DNA of 64,000 nt from an uncultured Flavobacteriaceae bacterium (GCA_963839235.1 CAWITX010000002.1:118255-182254); one strand, 5' to 3'; positions 27,981 to 38,551 are shown, counted from the stretch's first letter. Notes: generated by a model not told the origin, from the sequence alone. Numbers and translations: made by a program.

Positions 27981-29162
27981 TTAAATTTTTTCCATTTTGG
28001 AGACCTTTTCAAAAGCGCCTTCCAAATCGGCGATTATATCTTCCACTTCTTCAATTCCCACGGAAAAACGCAAAAGACCATCGCTAATCCCTTGCTTATT
28101 TCTTTCTTCTGAAGGCAACAAGGAATGCGAGGTTTTTGCGGGCGAAAGTATCGTGCTTTCCACGCCAGCCAAGCTCATTGACTGCTTAATTAAATTGAGG
28201 GATTTCATAAACTCATTTGCATCCAACGATTCTGAAATTTCAAAGGACAGCATCCCAGTATAACCGCTCATCTGTTTTTTTGCCAGTTGGTAATCAGCGT
28301 GGTTTTTGAGTCCGGGATAATATACGCGGGTAACCAACGGATGTTTTTCCAGCCATTTTGAAATTTTCTTCGCGTTTTTATTTTGCGCCTTTACCCGCAG
28401 CACCATTGTTTTCATACTGCGTTCCAAAAGCCAAACGGTATAATCGCTCAAGCTCCCACCCAAATTTTTAGCCAGGTTCCATATTTTTTTGATGTGTTCT
28501 TCCGAAGCCGCAATGGCGCCGGCACAAATATCGCTGTGCCCCCCCATATATTTTGTGGCACTGTGGATCATAATATCAATTCCGAAATCCGCCGGCGTTT
28601 GGTTTATGGGCGAAGCAAAAGTATTGTCGATCATTGTAACAATTCCTTTCGGTTTGGCAATGCGCCCAATCATCTCCAAATCTGTGATTCGCATCAACGG
28701 ATTTGAAGGAGTTTCAACATAAATCACTTTTGTATTCGCTTGAATTTTTTCGGTAAAATCCTTTTCTGCAAAACCTTCCGCAAAGGAATATTCAATTCCA
28801 AATTTATGGAATTCCTCAACGATGAAATTATAGGTGCCACCGTACAAGGTCTGGGGAAAAACCACATGATCGTCCTTCTGCAAGAATGCGAGTAGCGCTG
28901 TACTCACTGCCGCCATTCCACTTCCGAAAATGAGTGCAGATTCACACTTTTCCAGAGCTGCAATTTTTTTACAAAGCGCTTCTTGGTTGGGGGTATTGAA
29001 ATAACGCGGATATCTTTTCACATCAACGTTTTCGTAGGCGTAGCTACTGGACATATACAATGGCGAAATAGCGCCCTGGAATTGTTTGTCCTCAATCTCG
29101 CCTATATGCGTGCAAATGGTGTTGGGACCTATGTTTTTTTGTTTCATAACATTATTTTTCAA
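27981..29162 (-). CDS. PLP-dependent trans-sulfuration enzyme (cystathionine gamma-synthase / beta-lyase / Met gamma-lyase family)
   Basis: 393 aa with SATKYMGGHSD (PLP lysine) and the YPRYFNTPN and ETPSNPLM motifs of the Cys/Met metabolism PLP family. Confidence 0.85.
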   Translation of the reverse strand: MKNNVMKQKNIGPNTICTHIGEIEDKQFQGAISPLYMSSSYAYENVDVKRYPRYFNTPNQEALCKKIAALEKCESALIFGSGMAAVSTALLAFLQKDDHVVFPQTLYGGTYNFIVEEFHKFGIEYSFAEGFAEKDFTEKIQANTKVIYVETPSNPLMRITDLEMIGRIAKPKGIVTMIDNTFASPINQTPADFGIDIMIHSATKYMGGHSDICAGAIAASEEHIKKIWNLAKNLGGSLSDYTVWLLERSMKTMVLRVKAQNKNAKKISKWLEKHPLVTRVYYPGLKNHADYQLAKKQMSGYTGMLSFEISESLDANEFMKSLNLIKQSMSLAGVESTILSPAKTSHSLLPSEERNKQGISDGLLRFSVGIEEVEDIIADLEGAFEKVSKMEKI

Positions 29163-29326
29163 ACAGCTTTAAAGATATAAATTCCACCAGAAAGAAAGGG
29201 GCCAGCTTTTTTAAAGTTTTGCCCATTTGAAATCACTGATAAATGGAAATTCCTTTTTGTCGTCCGTCCGTATCGGGATTGTTTCTATATCTTTATAAAT
29301 TAAAAAACTTGCTATAAAACCGATCA

Positions 29327-30565
29327 ATGAAACTATTACTCACCAATATAAAAGAACTAATTCAGGTTCGTGAAACCGCACCGCAAAAAGTGAGCGGCGC
29401 CGAAATGAAAACCCTTCCGACTCTCAAAAATGCTTGGTTATTTATCAATAAAGGAATAATTCAGGATTTCGGAACCATGGATAAAAAAGTTCCCCACCAA
29501 GGCTTCAAGACCGTAGATTGCAAGGGGAAAATGGTATTACCGGCCTGGTGCGATAGCCACAGCCATATTGTGTACGCCGGAAATCGCGAACAGGAATTTG
29601 TTGACAGAATAAAAGGTTTGACCTATCAGGAAATTGCCGAAAAAGGTGGGGGGATTTTGAACAGCGCAAAAAAATTACAGCAAACGAGCGAGGAGGAACT
29701 TTATAAACAATCGAAAAAACGTTTAAAGGAATTAATGCGATTGGGCACCGGAGCGCTTGAAATTAAAAGCGGCTACGGCCTTACTACCGAAGCGGAAATA
29801 AAAATGTTGCGAGTGGCCAAAAAATTAGCGAAGGAATACCCGGTAACCATTAAGACCACATTTTTGGGTGCGCACGCCGTTCCCAAGGAATATAAAAACA
29901 ACAAAGAAGGTTATATTGATTTGCTCTGCAACGAAATGCTTCCGAAGATCGCACAGGAAAAACTCGCACAATATGTAGATGTATTTTGTGAGGAAGGATA
30001 TTTTTCGGTTTCCGAAATGGAACGTATTCTTTCCGAAGCAAAAAAATATAAATTAATCCCGAAGGTACACGTAAATCAGTTCAATTCCATTGGCGGGATT
30101 GCGGCGGCAGTAAAGCATAAAGCGCTTAGCGTGGACCATTTGGAAGTATTCACCGATGAGGATTTAGAGGCATTGAAAAACAACGAAACCATGCCCGTCG
30201 CCCTTCCCTCCTGCTCCTATTTTTTAAGCATTCCGTACACTCCTGCTCGAAAAATCATAGATGCCGGGTTGCCACTTGCCATTGCCACAGATTATAATCC
30301 GGGTTCCACCCCCAGTGGCAATATGAACTTTGTTGTTTCAACAGCCTGCATAAAAATGAGGATGACTCCTGAAGAAGCCATCAACGCCGCAACTATAAAT
30401 GGCGCTTATGCTATGGGTTTAAGCAGGACACACGGCAGTATCACCAAAGGAAAAACGGCAAACCTCATCGTAACGAAACCAATACCCTCCTATGGCTATC
30501 TTCCCTATTCTTTTGGCAGTAATCTTATTGACTGCGTAATTTTAAACGGAAAGGAAATAAAATGA
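29327..30565 (+). CDS. hutI: imidazolonepropionase
   Basis: 412 aa amidohydrolase with DSHSHIVYAGNR, the KSGYGL motif and DYNPGS. It overlaps the next hut gene by 4 nt. Confidence 0.9.
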   Translation: MKLLLTNIKELIQVRETAPQKVSGAEMKTLPTLKNAWLFINKGIIQDFGTMDKKVPHQGFKTVDCKGKMVLPAWCDSHSHIVYAGNREQEFVDRIKGLTYQEIAEKGGGILNSAKKLQQTSEEELYKQSKKRLKELMRLGTGALEIKSGYGLTTEAEIKMLRVAKKLAKEYPVTIKTTFLGAHAVPKEYKNNKEGYIDLLCNEMLPKIAQEKLAQYVDVFCEEGYFSVSEMERILSEAKKYKLIPKVHVNQFNSIGGIAAAVKHKALSVDHLEVFTDEDLEALKNNETMPVALPSCSYFLSIPYTPARKIIDAGLPLAIATDYNPGSTPSGNMNFVVSTACIKMRMTPEEAINAATINGAYAMGLSRTHGSITKGKTANLIVTKPIPSYGYLPYSFGSNLIDCVILNGKEIK

Positions 30566-31581
30566 GCCTTTTAAAAATTTATTCCAAAGCGACCGTTTCC
30601 CGTTTCATTAAAAAAAGGGAAGGCGAAACGAAATTTGGCGAAAAGCTTCATTTTGTTGAAAAAATTGAAGAGCTCAAAAAACATTCGGCAAAATATGTGC
30701 TTTTAGGTATTCCGGAAGATATTGGCGTTCGTGCAAACTACGGAAATCCCGGTACCTCCAAAGCTTGGGAAGCGACTTTGGGAACCCTTTTAAATATTCA
30801 GCACAATCAATTTACAAATGCAGAAAACATAATCCTTTTGGGCGAAATAGACTGCGACAGGCAAATGGCCCAAGCAAATGAAATTTTAAAAAGTGAAAAC
30901 CACTATGCCGAAGAACTTGGCGAACTTGTCACGCAAATAGACCATAAAGTTTCGGAAATTGTTAAAATAATTGTTGAAGCCGGAAAGTTTCCGATTATCA
31001 TCGGCGGGGGCCACAATAACAGTTACGGCAATTTGAAGGGCACTTCCGAGGCATTGAAAAAACCAATCAACTGCATAAATTTTGATGCGCATACAGATTT
31101 TAGAAGTCTTGAGCACCGGCACAGCGGCAATGGGTTTTCGTATGCTTTTGAGGATGGTTTTTTAGATAGATACTTCATTTTTGGACTTCACAGAAATTAT
31201 ACTTCCGAAGGAATTTTCAATACAATCGAAAAAAATACCCAAAGGATAAAATTCAATTTATTTGAAGACATTTCAATAAATAAGAAAATAACATTTTCGG
31301 AAGCTTTAAAAGAAGCCGAAGATTTCTGTTGCAACGAAAACTTTGGAATTGAGCTGGATATGGACGCCATTGAGATGATGGGCAGCAGCGCCATTTCACC
31401 CAACGGTTTTACTTTAACAGAGGCCAGGAAATTTGTTTCGCATTTTTCAAAAGACGAAAATGCCCGCTATCTGCATATCTGCGAAGGCTCGCCATCATCA
31501 GGCGTTTTTCCCAATCAAGTGGGCAAGGCTATTGCTTATTTGGTGAGTGACTCCTTTCATAAAAAATCGCGAAAGAAGTGA
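30562..31581 (+). CDS. hutG: formimidoylglutamase (arginase/ureohydrolase family)
   Basis: Arginase-fold metal motifs GGGHNNSYG, NFDAHTDF and ELDMDAI. Translationally coupled to hutI. Confidence 0.75.
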   Translation: MSLLKIYSKATVSRFIKKREGETKFGEKLHFVEKIEELKKHSAKYVLLGIPEDIGVRANYGNPGTSKAWEATLGTLLNIQHNQFTNAENIILLGEIDCDRQMAQANEILKSENHYAEELGELVTQIDHKVSEIVKIIVEAGKFPIIIGGGHNNSYGNLKGTSEALKKPINCINFDAHTDFRSLEHRHSGNGFSYAFEDGFLDRYFIFGLHRNYTSEGIFNTIEKNTQRIKFNLFEDISINKKITFSEALKEAEDFCCNENFGIELDMDAIEMMGSSAISPNGFTLTEARKFVSHFSKDENARYLHICEGSPSSGVFPNQVGKAIAYLVSDSFHKKSRKK

Positions 31582-31624
31582 ATATAGATTCTTTCTTAGT
31601 ATCTTCAAATCAAAATTTAGTTAT

Positions 31625-32425
31625 ATGATACGTTCTGCCATAATAATTGCCGTAATACTTGCCAATATTAGCTGTAAAAACAATCCAAAATCTACAGAAG
31701 ATGCTGAATTGATTAGCACGGAGGCCGAACATATTGACGGAGGCGAGGCCGCAGACAACAAAGGATTTGCAATCCACCCTGTTGAACATGCGACTATGGT
31801 CCTACAATGGGATGACACTGTAATTTATGTGGACCCTGTGGGGGGAAAGGAAATGTTTTCAGAATATTCAGCGCCCGATCTTATTTTGGTGACCGATATC
31901 CACGGCGATCATATGGATGCCGAGACTATTGCCGCAATAATGACAGATAATACCAAACTTATCACGCCGCAAGCCGTGGCAGATAAGCTTTCGGAGAATT
32001 TAATATCCAAAGCAATCATTCTCAACAATGGGGAAACAAAAAATGAGCTAGGCCTGGCCATTGAAGCTATCCCGATGTACAATCTTAGAAAGGAAGCATT
32101 AGATTTTCACACCAAAGGTCGCGGAAACGGCTATGTTTTGGAAAAGGATGGCGAGCGCATTTACATCTCTGGAGATACCGAGGATATTCCTGAAATGAGA
32201 AACCTTAAAAATATAGATATCGCATTCGTCTGTATGAATTTGCCGTACACTATGCCAGTTGAAAAGGCCGCCGAGGCGGTTCTGGCTTTCAAGCCCAAAA
32301 CTGTTTATCCGTATCATTATCGAGGAAAGGAAGGCATTAGTGATGTCGAAAAATTCAAATCTTTAGTGGAGGCGGGCAATGCGGATATTAAGGTAACGCA
32401 ATTGGATTGGTATCCAAATGAATAA
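31625..32425 (+). CDS. MBL-fold metallo-hydrolase lipoprotein
   Basis: Lipoprotein signal MIRSAIIIAVILANISC followed by the VTDIHGDHMD motif. The start is taken at ATG 31625 rather than the track start 31547, which overlaps hutG. Confidence 0.7.
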   Translation: MIRSAIIIAVILANISCKNNPKSTEDAELISTEAEHIDGGEAADNKGFAIHPVEHATMVLQWDDTVIYVDPVGGKEMFSEYSAPDLILVTDIHGDHMDAETIAAIMTDNTKLITPQAVADKLSENLISKAIILNNGETKNELGLAIEAIPMYNLRKEALDFHTKGRGNGYVLEKDGERIYISGDTEDIPEMRNLKNIDIAFVCMNLPYTMPVEKAAEAVLAFKPKTVYPYHYRGKEGISDVEKFKSLVEAGNADIKVTQLDWYPNE

Positions 32426-32448
32426 TACAAACTATAGAAATAAAAACA

Positions 32449-35001
32449 ATGATGAAGAAATACAACTCGTACTTCTATTTTGTAATGCTCCTGTTTTTCG
32501 CACTTCTTCTTTCAAGTTGTGATAGAAGTCAAAAAAATAACGAGAACATCAAGGGAACTGGCAAAAAAGAATACCCATCAGAATGGATGTACCAACAGCG
32601 GGCTTACCCAGACAATTACATTAATGGGGAAGCGATAAAAAAAGCAGTCCTTCAGTCCAAACAAATTTTGGCTAACCGCGCCCCCGGCCAAGTTGGCGAA
32701 TGGACGCTTGCCGGTCCAATAAATACTGGTGGCAGGATTACCGATGTCGCAATAGCGCCAGATAACGACGACCATTTATACCTTGCCACTGCTAGCGGCG
32801 GCATTTTTAGAAGTTATGATAGGGGCTCAAACTGGACCCCTATTTTTGATGAAATCACAAAACTTTCAATCGGCGATATAGCAATCGCACAATCAAATCC
32901 GCAGATTATTTATGCTGGCACAGGCGAAGCGAACGGAAGCGCAACAGATGGTGCATATTTTGGCGATGGAATTTATAGAAGCAACGACGCCGGCGATAGT
33001 TGGACGAATGTTGGGCTCCCGGAAAGCAATCACATAGGCCGAATTGTAGTTGACCCAGTAAATCCCGAGCGGGTTTTTGTAGCTGCCACCGGAAAATTGT
33101 ACGGCAAAAATGATGAACGCGGAATTTACAGAACCACTAATGGCGGCGGGAGTTGGGAAAAAGTTCTTTTTGTAACGGATTCCACAGCTGCAATAGACGT
33201 TGCGATGAACATAGCGAATACCAATATTATTTACGCAGCTATGTGGGAGCGAACCCGCAAACCTTGGGAGCGCGACTACGGCGGTGTAACTTCAGCAATT
33301 CACCGTTCAATGGATGGCGGTAACACGTGGACGCAATTGGGCGCCGCCAATGGATTGCCCGCACCAAACGCCCAGACGGGGCGGATAGGAATCGCCGTTT
33401 CTGAATCTGAACCCGCAACGGTTTATGCTCGCTTCACTACAAATGAAATTACTAATGAATTTAATGGTTTATACAAATCTACCGATAATGGGAATAATTG
33501 GACTCTCGTTACAACTCCCGGGGCGCTCGGCGGAATTGATGCCAATTTCGGCTGGTACTTTGGCAATGTACGCGTAAACCCAAACAATGCTGCAGAAGTA
33601 TACGTAATAGGTTTCGATATTGCAAAATCCACCAATAGTGGAAGTTCTTGGCAAACGTTAAATGGAATGCACGTTGACCATCACGCGCTGGATTTTTCCC
33701 GAAATAACAGCAATTTTATGCTCGCGGGAAATGACGGTGGCGCATATCTTTCTGAAAATGGCGGAAATAGCTGGACCAAGTTTTTAAATCTTCCCATTAC
33801 CCAATTCTATAATATTGAAGTAGATAAACAGCAACCGGAAAGACGCTATGGCGGTACGCAAGATAACAACACCATTCGCACCACGACGGGAAGTACAAAC
33901 GATTGGAATGCAATTTGGGGCGGTGACGGTTTTCACGTAAATGTTGATCCCGTGGACAATAACTATATTTATGTTGAATCGCAATACGGTAATTTAGGCC
34001 GAAGTACCAACGGCGGAAATTCCTTCAATAATGCAACAAATGGCATTAGCGGCGGCGATAGAAACAACTGGAACACCCCGGTGATTATTTCGCCATTTGA
34101 CCATGAAATTCTTTATTATGGAACCAATAGATTATACACATCGAATAAAGCCGCCTCTTGGAGCGCGATCAGCCCAGATTTAACAGATGGCCAACATCCC
34201 AGCGGTTCACTGAGTTATGGCACACTTACTTGTATCGCCGCTTCCTATAACAATTTAAACACTATTTACACTGGAAGCGATGACGGCAACGTAAACGTAA
34301 CTTTTAATGGCGGTAGTTCCTGGACCAATATTAGTAACGGGCTCCCAAATCAATACATTACGTCGCTGGCGACGGTGCCGAATGACGATATGGTGGCCTA
34401 TGTTACAGTTTCTGGATTTAAGCAGTTGGACTATACGCCGCACGTTTTTAAGACTACGGATGGAGGGCAGAATTGGAACGATATTTCGTCAAACCTGCCA
34501 AGTATTCCCGTGAATGATATTATAGTATATCCCGCAGAAAACATCCTTTTTGTCGCGACTGATTTAAACGTTTGGTATTCCAAGGACGACGGAGGTAGTT
34601 GGGATATTTTGGGAAACAACTTGCCCATGACAATTACAATGGATTTAAAATTCCATGAGCCTACCAAAACATTATATGCCGGAACTTTCGGAAGATCAAT
34701 GCACAGTTACGATGTTAGCGAAATTCTTGGAGTAAATGAAAATGAGCTTGCAGACAATTCGGTAACTATTTACCCAAATCCGGCCGTTTCAAAGTTTACT
34801 ATTTCACATCATTTTTCTTCGGAAGGGAATATCAATCTTTACGATTTTTCCGGGAAAATGATAAAAGAAGTGTTTAAAGGAAATTTCGGTTCTTCAAAAA
34901 ATATTACAGTAAAAACCGATGGGATTTCTGCAGGGATTTACTTTTTGAAATTGAATAGCGGGAAGCAATCAATTACTAAGAAACTAGTGGTTAAGAGATA
35001 A
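32449..35001 (+). CDS. BNR/Asp-box repeat (sortilin/VPS10-like) secreted protein with a T9SS C-terminal sorting domain
   Basis: 850 aa with a signal/lipoprotein N-terminus (LLSSC). At least 10 SxDxGxxW Asp-box repeats, for example SNDAGDSW, SMDGGNTW and TTDGGQNW. The C-terminus IYPNPAVSKFTI...GIYFLKLNSGKQSITKKLVV is a T9SS CTD. Confidence 0.85.
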   Translation: MMKKYNSYFYFVMLLFFALLLSSCDRSQKNNENIKGTGKKEYPSEWMYQQRAYPDNYINGEAIKKAVLQSKQILANRAPGQVGEWTLAGPINTGGRITDVAIAPDNDDHLYLATASGGIFRSYDRGSNWTPIFDEITKLSIGDIAIAQSNPQIIYAGTGEANGSATDGAYFGDGIYRSNDAGDSWTNVGLPESNHIGRIVVDPVNPERVFVAATGKLYGKNDERGIYRTTNGGGSWEKVLFVTDSTAAIDVAMNIANTNIIYAAMWERTRKPWERDYGGVTSAIHRSMDGGNTWTQLGAANGLPAPNAQTGRIGIAVSESEPATVYARFTTNEITNEFNGLYKSTDNGNNWTLVTTPGALGGIDANFGWYFGNVRVNPNNAAEVYVIGFDIAKSTNSGSSWQTLNGMHVDHHALDFSRNNSNFMLAGNDGGAYLSENGGNSWTKFLNLPITQFYNIEVDKQQPERRYGGTQDNNTIRTTTGSTNDWNAIWGGDGFHVNVDPVDNNYIYVESQYGNLGRSTNGGNSFNNATNGISGGDRNNWNTPVIISPFDHEILYYGTNRLYTSNKAASWSAISPDLTDGQHPSGSLSYGTLTCIAASYNNLNTIYTGSDDGNVNVTFNGGSSWTNISNGLPNQYITSLATVPNDDMVAYVTVSGFKQLDYTPHVFKTTDGGQNWNDISSNLPSIPVNDIIVYPAENILFVATDLNVWYSKDDGGSWDILGNNLPMTITMDLKFHEPTKTLYAGTFGRSMHSYDVSEILGVNENELADNSVTIYPNPAVSKFTISHHFSSEGNINLYDFSGKMIKEVFKGNFGSSKNITVKTDGISAGIYFLKLNSGKQSITKKLVVKR

Positions 35002-35003
35002 AC

Positions 35004-35048
35004 AAAAAAAGGGTCGATGCACGAAAAGTGAATCGACCCTTTGCTTTT
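35004..35048. terminator. bidirectional terminator between convergent genes
   Basis: 9-bp stem agggtcgat / atcgaccct, with an upstream A run and a downstream TTGCTTTT. Confidence 0.65.
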
Positions 35049-35059
35049 AACCAAAACAA

Positions 35060-35524
35060 TTATTTTTTCTCACACAAAATCCCCCAAATAGAAAGAGATT
35101 TTTTTGAGGTATTCACTTTTACGGTTTCGTCGTCAATTACCTTAAAGTCATTTCCTGCGCCAAAATCGGTATCAAAAATTGCGGAAAGGGAAAATTTTGG
35201 GTCATTAAAATATAAGGTGGACCAGTCACCTTCCGTGCTATATTTTCCTTTTTCTGAAATCTTTACTGGTTTTTCATCCGTTCCCGGCTGGGGAATACTT
35301 TTAAAATTGAATTTAAAAGTATTATTCTCAAAAAGCTGAAGGGAAATAGTACCTATATCATTGCCCAGGCTTTCGTAGTTCATTGCTTCACTTTTTCCCA
35401 AAACAACTTCTTTATTTTCATTGGAATTTTCGCTATTTCCGGACGCTTCCGCCGCAGCTTTTTTACTTCCGCAGGAAGAAAGGACAACCAAAAATGCTCC
35501 AATAATTGTGATATTTTTCAACAT
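35060..35524 (-). CDS. hypothetical lipoprotein
   Basis: Lipobox VLSSC after a signal peptide. 154 aa with no recognised family. Confidence 0.6.
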   Translation of the reverse strand: MLKNITIIGAFLVVLSSCGSKKAAAEASGNSENSNENKEVVLGKSEAMNYESLGNDIGTISLQLFENNTFKFNFKSIPQPGTDEKPVKISEKGKYSTEGDWSTLYFNDPKFSLSAIFDTDFGAGNDFKVIDDETVKVNTSKKSLSIWGILCEKK

Positions 35525-35528
35525 ACTT

Positions 35529-37220
35529 TTAGCGTATTAATTTCTTGTATTTTATTCTTTTCGGCATTAGATCGCCGCCCAAACGTTTCTTTTTGTTTTC
35601 CTCATATTCACTGAAACCGCCCTCGAAGAAATACACTTGGCTGTTTCCTTCAAAGGAAAGAATGTGGGTACAGATTCTGTCCAAAAACCAACGGTCGTGA
35701 CTGATTACCACGGCGCAACCGGCGAAATTTTCAAGACCTTCTTCCAAGGCACGGAGCGTGTTTACATCCAAATCATTCGTTGGCTCATCCAAAAGCAGCA
35801 CGTTTCCTTCTTCCTTTAATGTCATTGCCAAATGCAAACGGTTTCTTTCGCCCCCTGAAAGCATCGAAACTTTTTTGTTCTGCTCACTTCCACTGAAATT
35901 GAAACGGCTCAAATATGCCCTGGAATTCACCTGTCTGCCGCCCATCATTATCAATTCTTGGCTATCGCTGAAATTTTCCCAAATGGTTTTATCGGGATTT
36001 ATATTTGAATGCGCTTGATCTACATAGGCAATCTTTGCAGTTTCCCCTACTTCAAAGCTTCCTTTATCTGGCGTTTCCTCGCCCATAATCATTTTGAAAA
36101 TGGTGGTTTTCCCGGCCCCGTTTGGTCCAATTATACCCACAATTCCCGCCTGCGGAAGTTTGAAATTTAAATCCTCATAAAGCAATTTATCGCCAAAAGC
36201 CTTTGAAACTCCTTTCGCTTCAATAACATTGGTTCCCAAACGAGGACCGTTTGGAATGTATATTTCCAGCTTTTCGTCCAATTGTTTTTGGTCCTGGCTC
36301 AACAATTTATCATAATTCTGTAAACGTGCCTTTTGCTTTGTTTGCCTGCCTTTCGCCCCTTGACGAACCCATTCCAGCTCGCGTTCCAAAGTTTTCTGAC
36401 GCTTTCCGGCTGTTTTCTGTTCCTGAGCCAAGCGCTTCGATTTTTGGTCGAGCCACGAGGAATAGTTTCCTTTCCACGGAATTCCTTCTCCTCTGTCCAA
36501 CTCCAAAATCCAACCAGCAACATTATCGAGGAAATAACGGTCATGCGTAACGGCAATCACTGTTCCTTTATATTCCGAAAGGTGATGCTCGAGCCAATGC
36601 ACACTTTCCGCATCCAAATGGTTGGTGGGCTCATCGAGCAGCAGCACGTCCGGTTCTCTTAAAAGAAGGCGACAGAGTGCCACTCGCCGCTTCTCCCCAC
36701 CGGAGAGAACGCTAATTGGTTTATCGGGTTCGGGCGTACGCAGGGCATCCATTGCAATTTCAAGTTTGGTATCCAATTCCCAAGCGTTGGTAGCGTCAAT
36801 TTTATCCTGAAGTTTTGCCTGCTTATCCATCAACTCATCCATTTTTGCAGGATTTTCGTACACTTCGGGCAGGCCGAACATATCGTTTATTTTGTTGTAC
36901 TCATCTAAAATATCAACAACTTCCTGTACGCCTTCCTTTACAACTTCAAGAACGGTTTTTGATTCGTCCAGCTTGGGTTCCTGTTCAAGATAGCCAACCG
37001 TATAGCCCGGCGCGAAAACCACATCGCCCTGATAATTTTTTTCTTCACCTGCGATAATACGAAGCAACGTAGATTTTCCACTACCATTTAAACCTAAAAT
37101 ACCAATCTTGGCACCATAGAAAAAACTGAGATATATATTTTTAAGCACCGGTGTCTGGGCGCTTTGGTAGGTTTTTGTCAACCCAGACATTGAGAAAATT
37201 ACTTTTTTATCGTCGGACAT
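35529..37220 (-). CDS. ettA: energy-dependent translational throttle protein EttA (ABC-F ATPase)
   Basis: 563 aa with two ABC cassettes (GLNGSGKST / LSGGEKRR and GPNGAGKTT / LSGGERNR). The N-terminus MSDDKKVIFSMSGLTKTY and the arm and linker regions are typical of EttA. Confidence 0.9.
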   Translation of the reverse strand: MSDDKKVIFSMSGLTKTYQSAQTPVLKNIYLSFFYGAKIGILGLNGSGKSTLLRIIAGEEKNYQGDVVFAPGYTVGYLEQEPKLDESKTVLEVVKEGVQEVVDILDEYNKINDMFGLPEVYENPAKMDELMDKQAKLQDKIDATNAWELDTKLEIAMDALRTPEPDKPISVLSGGEKRRVALCRLLLREPDVLLLDEPTNHLDAESVHWLEHHLSEYKGTVIAVTHDRYFLDNVAGWILELDRGEGIPWKGNYSSWLDQKSKRLAQEQKTAGKRQKTLERELEWVRQGAKGRQTKQKARLQNYDKLLSQDQKQLDEKLEIYIPNGPRLGTNVIEAKGVSKAFGDKLLYEDLNFKLPQAGIVGIIGPNGAGKTTIFKMIMGEETPDKGSFEVGETAKIAYVDQAHSNINPDKTIWENFSDSQELIMMGGRQVNSRAYLSRFNFSGSEQNKKVSMLSGGERNRLHLAMTLKEEGNVLLLDEPTNDLDVNTLRALEEGLENFAGCAVVISHDRWFLDRICTHILSFEGNSQVYFFEGGFSEYEENKKKRLGGDLMPKRIKYKKLIR

Positions 37221-37264
37221 TTTGTTGATTAATTTATGAGTTTGTTATTTGAGAATCAGTTAGT

Positions 37265-37741
37265 TTAATAGTTGTTCAGCAATCGAAGAATTACCAGCAT
37301 TTGGCCGGTATGGTAAGCCGTATGCTCTATAACCAATAAAATTTCGCGTAGTAGGGTTTGTTTCTCTTTACCGTTTTTTACTGGTTTTGTTAATCCATTT
37401 GTATTATTCAGAAGAAATGATTTCAATCGCTCACGATCTGTAGCGTATTCAGCTTTCAGATTTTCCCAATCATCTTCCGATTTGCATTTCTTTTCCTTGG
37501 GCCAATAATAATCCGGCCATTTTGGTTCTGTATAATCTTCAGAACAAGTAAATTTTACAATATCCTTTTGTGCGAAGGTTATATGAAAAAACAATTCATA
37601 AAATGAATACGGCAAGTTCGCAGGACGTATATTAATGTCCTCAAAACTAATTTTTTGAAGCATTTTTTCAACAGGCATAAAAGCTTCGCCACCATCTAAA
37701 TGACGTGCCAATTGTTCCCGTATCTGTTCTTGTTCGGACAT
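37265..37741 (-). CDS. DinB family protein
   Basis: 158 aa four-helix-bundle pattern with the C-terminal HTAYHTGQMLVILR motif. Confidence 0.7.
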   Translation of the reverse strand: MSEQEQIREQLARHLDGGEAFMPVEKMLQKISFEDINIRPANLPYSFYELFFHITFAQKDIVKFTCSEDYTEPKWPDYYWPKEKKCKSEDDWENLKAEYATDRERLKSFLLNNTNGLTKPVKNGKEKQTLLREILLVIEHTAYHTGQMLVILRLLNNY

Positions 37742-37798
37742 TTATTTCTGAAAAATTTTTTGAATAATGGATGACTTAAAATTACGTGCAAGAAAGTT

Positions 37799-37981
37799 TT
37801 ACACCCTTCCCTTTAGCGCATTGAATACCCAAGCAATTGCGAAAAAACCAATGCCTACAGCGGCAAAACCCCAGCCAGCAACATCGTCATAACGAAAAGC
37901 ACCCATTCCTATCAGCACTACGCCAACGACTATCATGATAAAAGTGGCCCAGGCCAAAACGGTATTTTTATTCATTCCCAT
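37799..37981 (-). CDS. small two-TM membrane protein
   Basis: 60 aa with two clear hydrophobic helices (LAWATFIMIVVGVVLIGMG and WGFAAVGIGFFAIAWVF). Confidence 0.5.
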   Translation of the reverse strand: MGMNKNTVLAWATFIMIVVGVVLIGMGAFRYDDVAGWGFAAVGIGFFAIAWVFNALKGRV

Positions 37982-38197
37982 ATTTCTTTTTTTTTGGGTG
38001 CAAATTTACGTGCAAAAACAAATATCGACAATATATAATAGATTTTCGTTAACAAAATGTCATAGTTTTTAAGTACAGTATCTTACGTAAAAATCAGTAA
38101 AGCGCCCTAAATATCGATAACACAAAAACGTGGGTCAATAAAAATTGGCAGCTAACAATTTTTTATCTTTAGTCTTAAAACCAATAATTTTCAAAAG

Positions 38198-38551
38198 ATG
38201 AAAACAGACAAATACACCAAAATTATTCTTACCGTTATTGCTATTTGCCTAACGATGAATGTGATAAAGGATTTTGATATCTTTCCATCGGCCTATGCCA
38301 ATGAAAAAAACGGCTCCGAAATTCCGAACGGTTATAAGTTAATTCCAGCAAATGAAGCAATTGACGTTCGCTTGGTAGATATAAATACTTATGATGAATT
38401 GAACGTAAACCTAAAAAGTGTAGATACGTACGACGAAGTAAAAGTGAATATAAAAAAAATAGAAACCTCGGACGAGCTCGACGTAAATCTCGATGAAATT
38501 GGTGGCGGATGGGTTTCCAACGGTGGTCCAGTGCCCGTGAAAGTTCAGTAA
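38198..38551 (+). CDS. membrane-anchored hypothetical protein with short D-x-x-DE-[LV]-x-VN repeats
   Basis: 117 aa. An N-terminal TM anchor is followed by four roughly 11-12-aa repeats: VDINTYDELNVNL, SVDTYDEVKVNI, KIETSDELDVNL and a partial first unit. Confidence 0.55.
   Translation: MKTDKYTKIILTVIAICLTMNVIKDFDIFPSAYANEKNGSEIPNGYKLIPANEAIDVRLVDINTYDELNVNLKSVDTYDEVKVNIKKIETSDELDVNLDEIGGGWVSNGGPVPVKVQ

Noticed and set aside
29163-29326. I looked for a SAM or other riboswitch in the leader of the trans-sulfuration enzyme gene.
   Set aside because: I could not find the conserved SAM-I core elements or a convincing multi-stem structure by eye. A covariance-model scan (Infernal/Rfam) would be needed before claiming anything.
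35585-37057. Multiple 60-109-aa ORFs on both strands inside the ettA locus, for example 36251..36550, 36299..36556 and 36333..36662.
   Set aside because: All are nested in or antisense to the intact 563-aa EttA ORF and have low-complexity or Arg/Ser-rich translations typical of off-frame reads.
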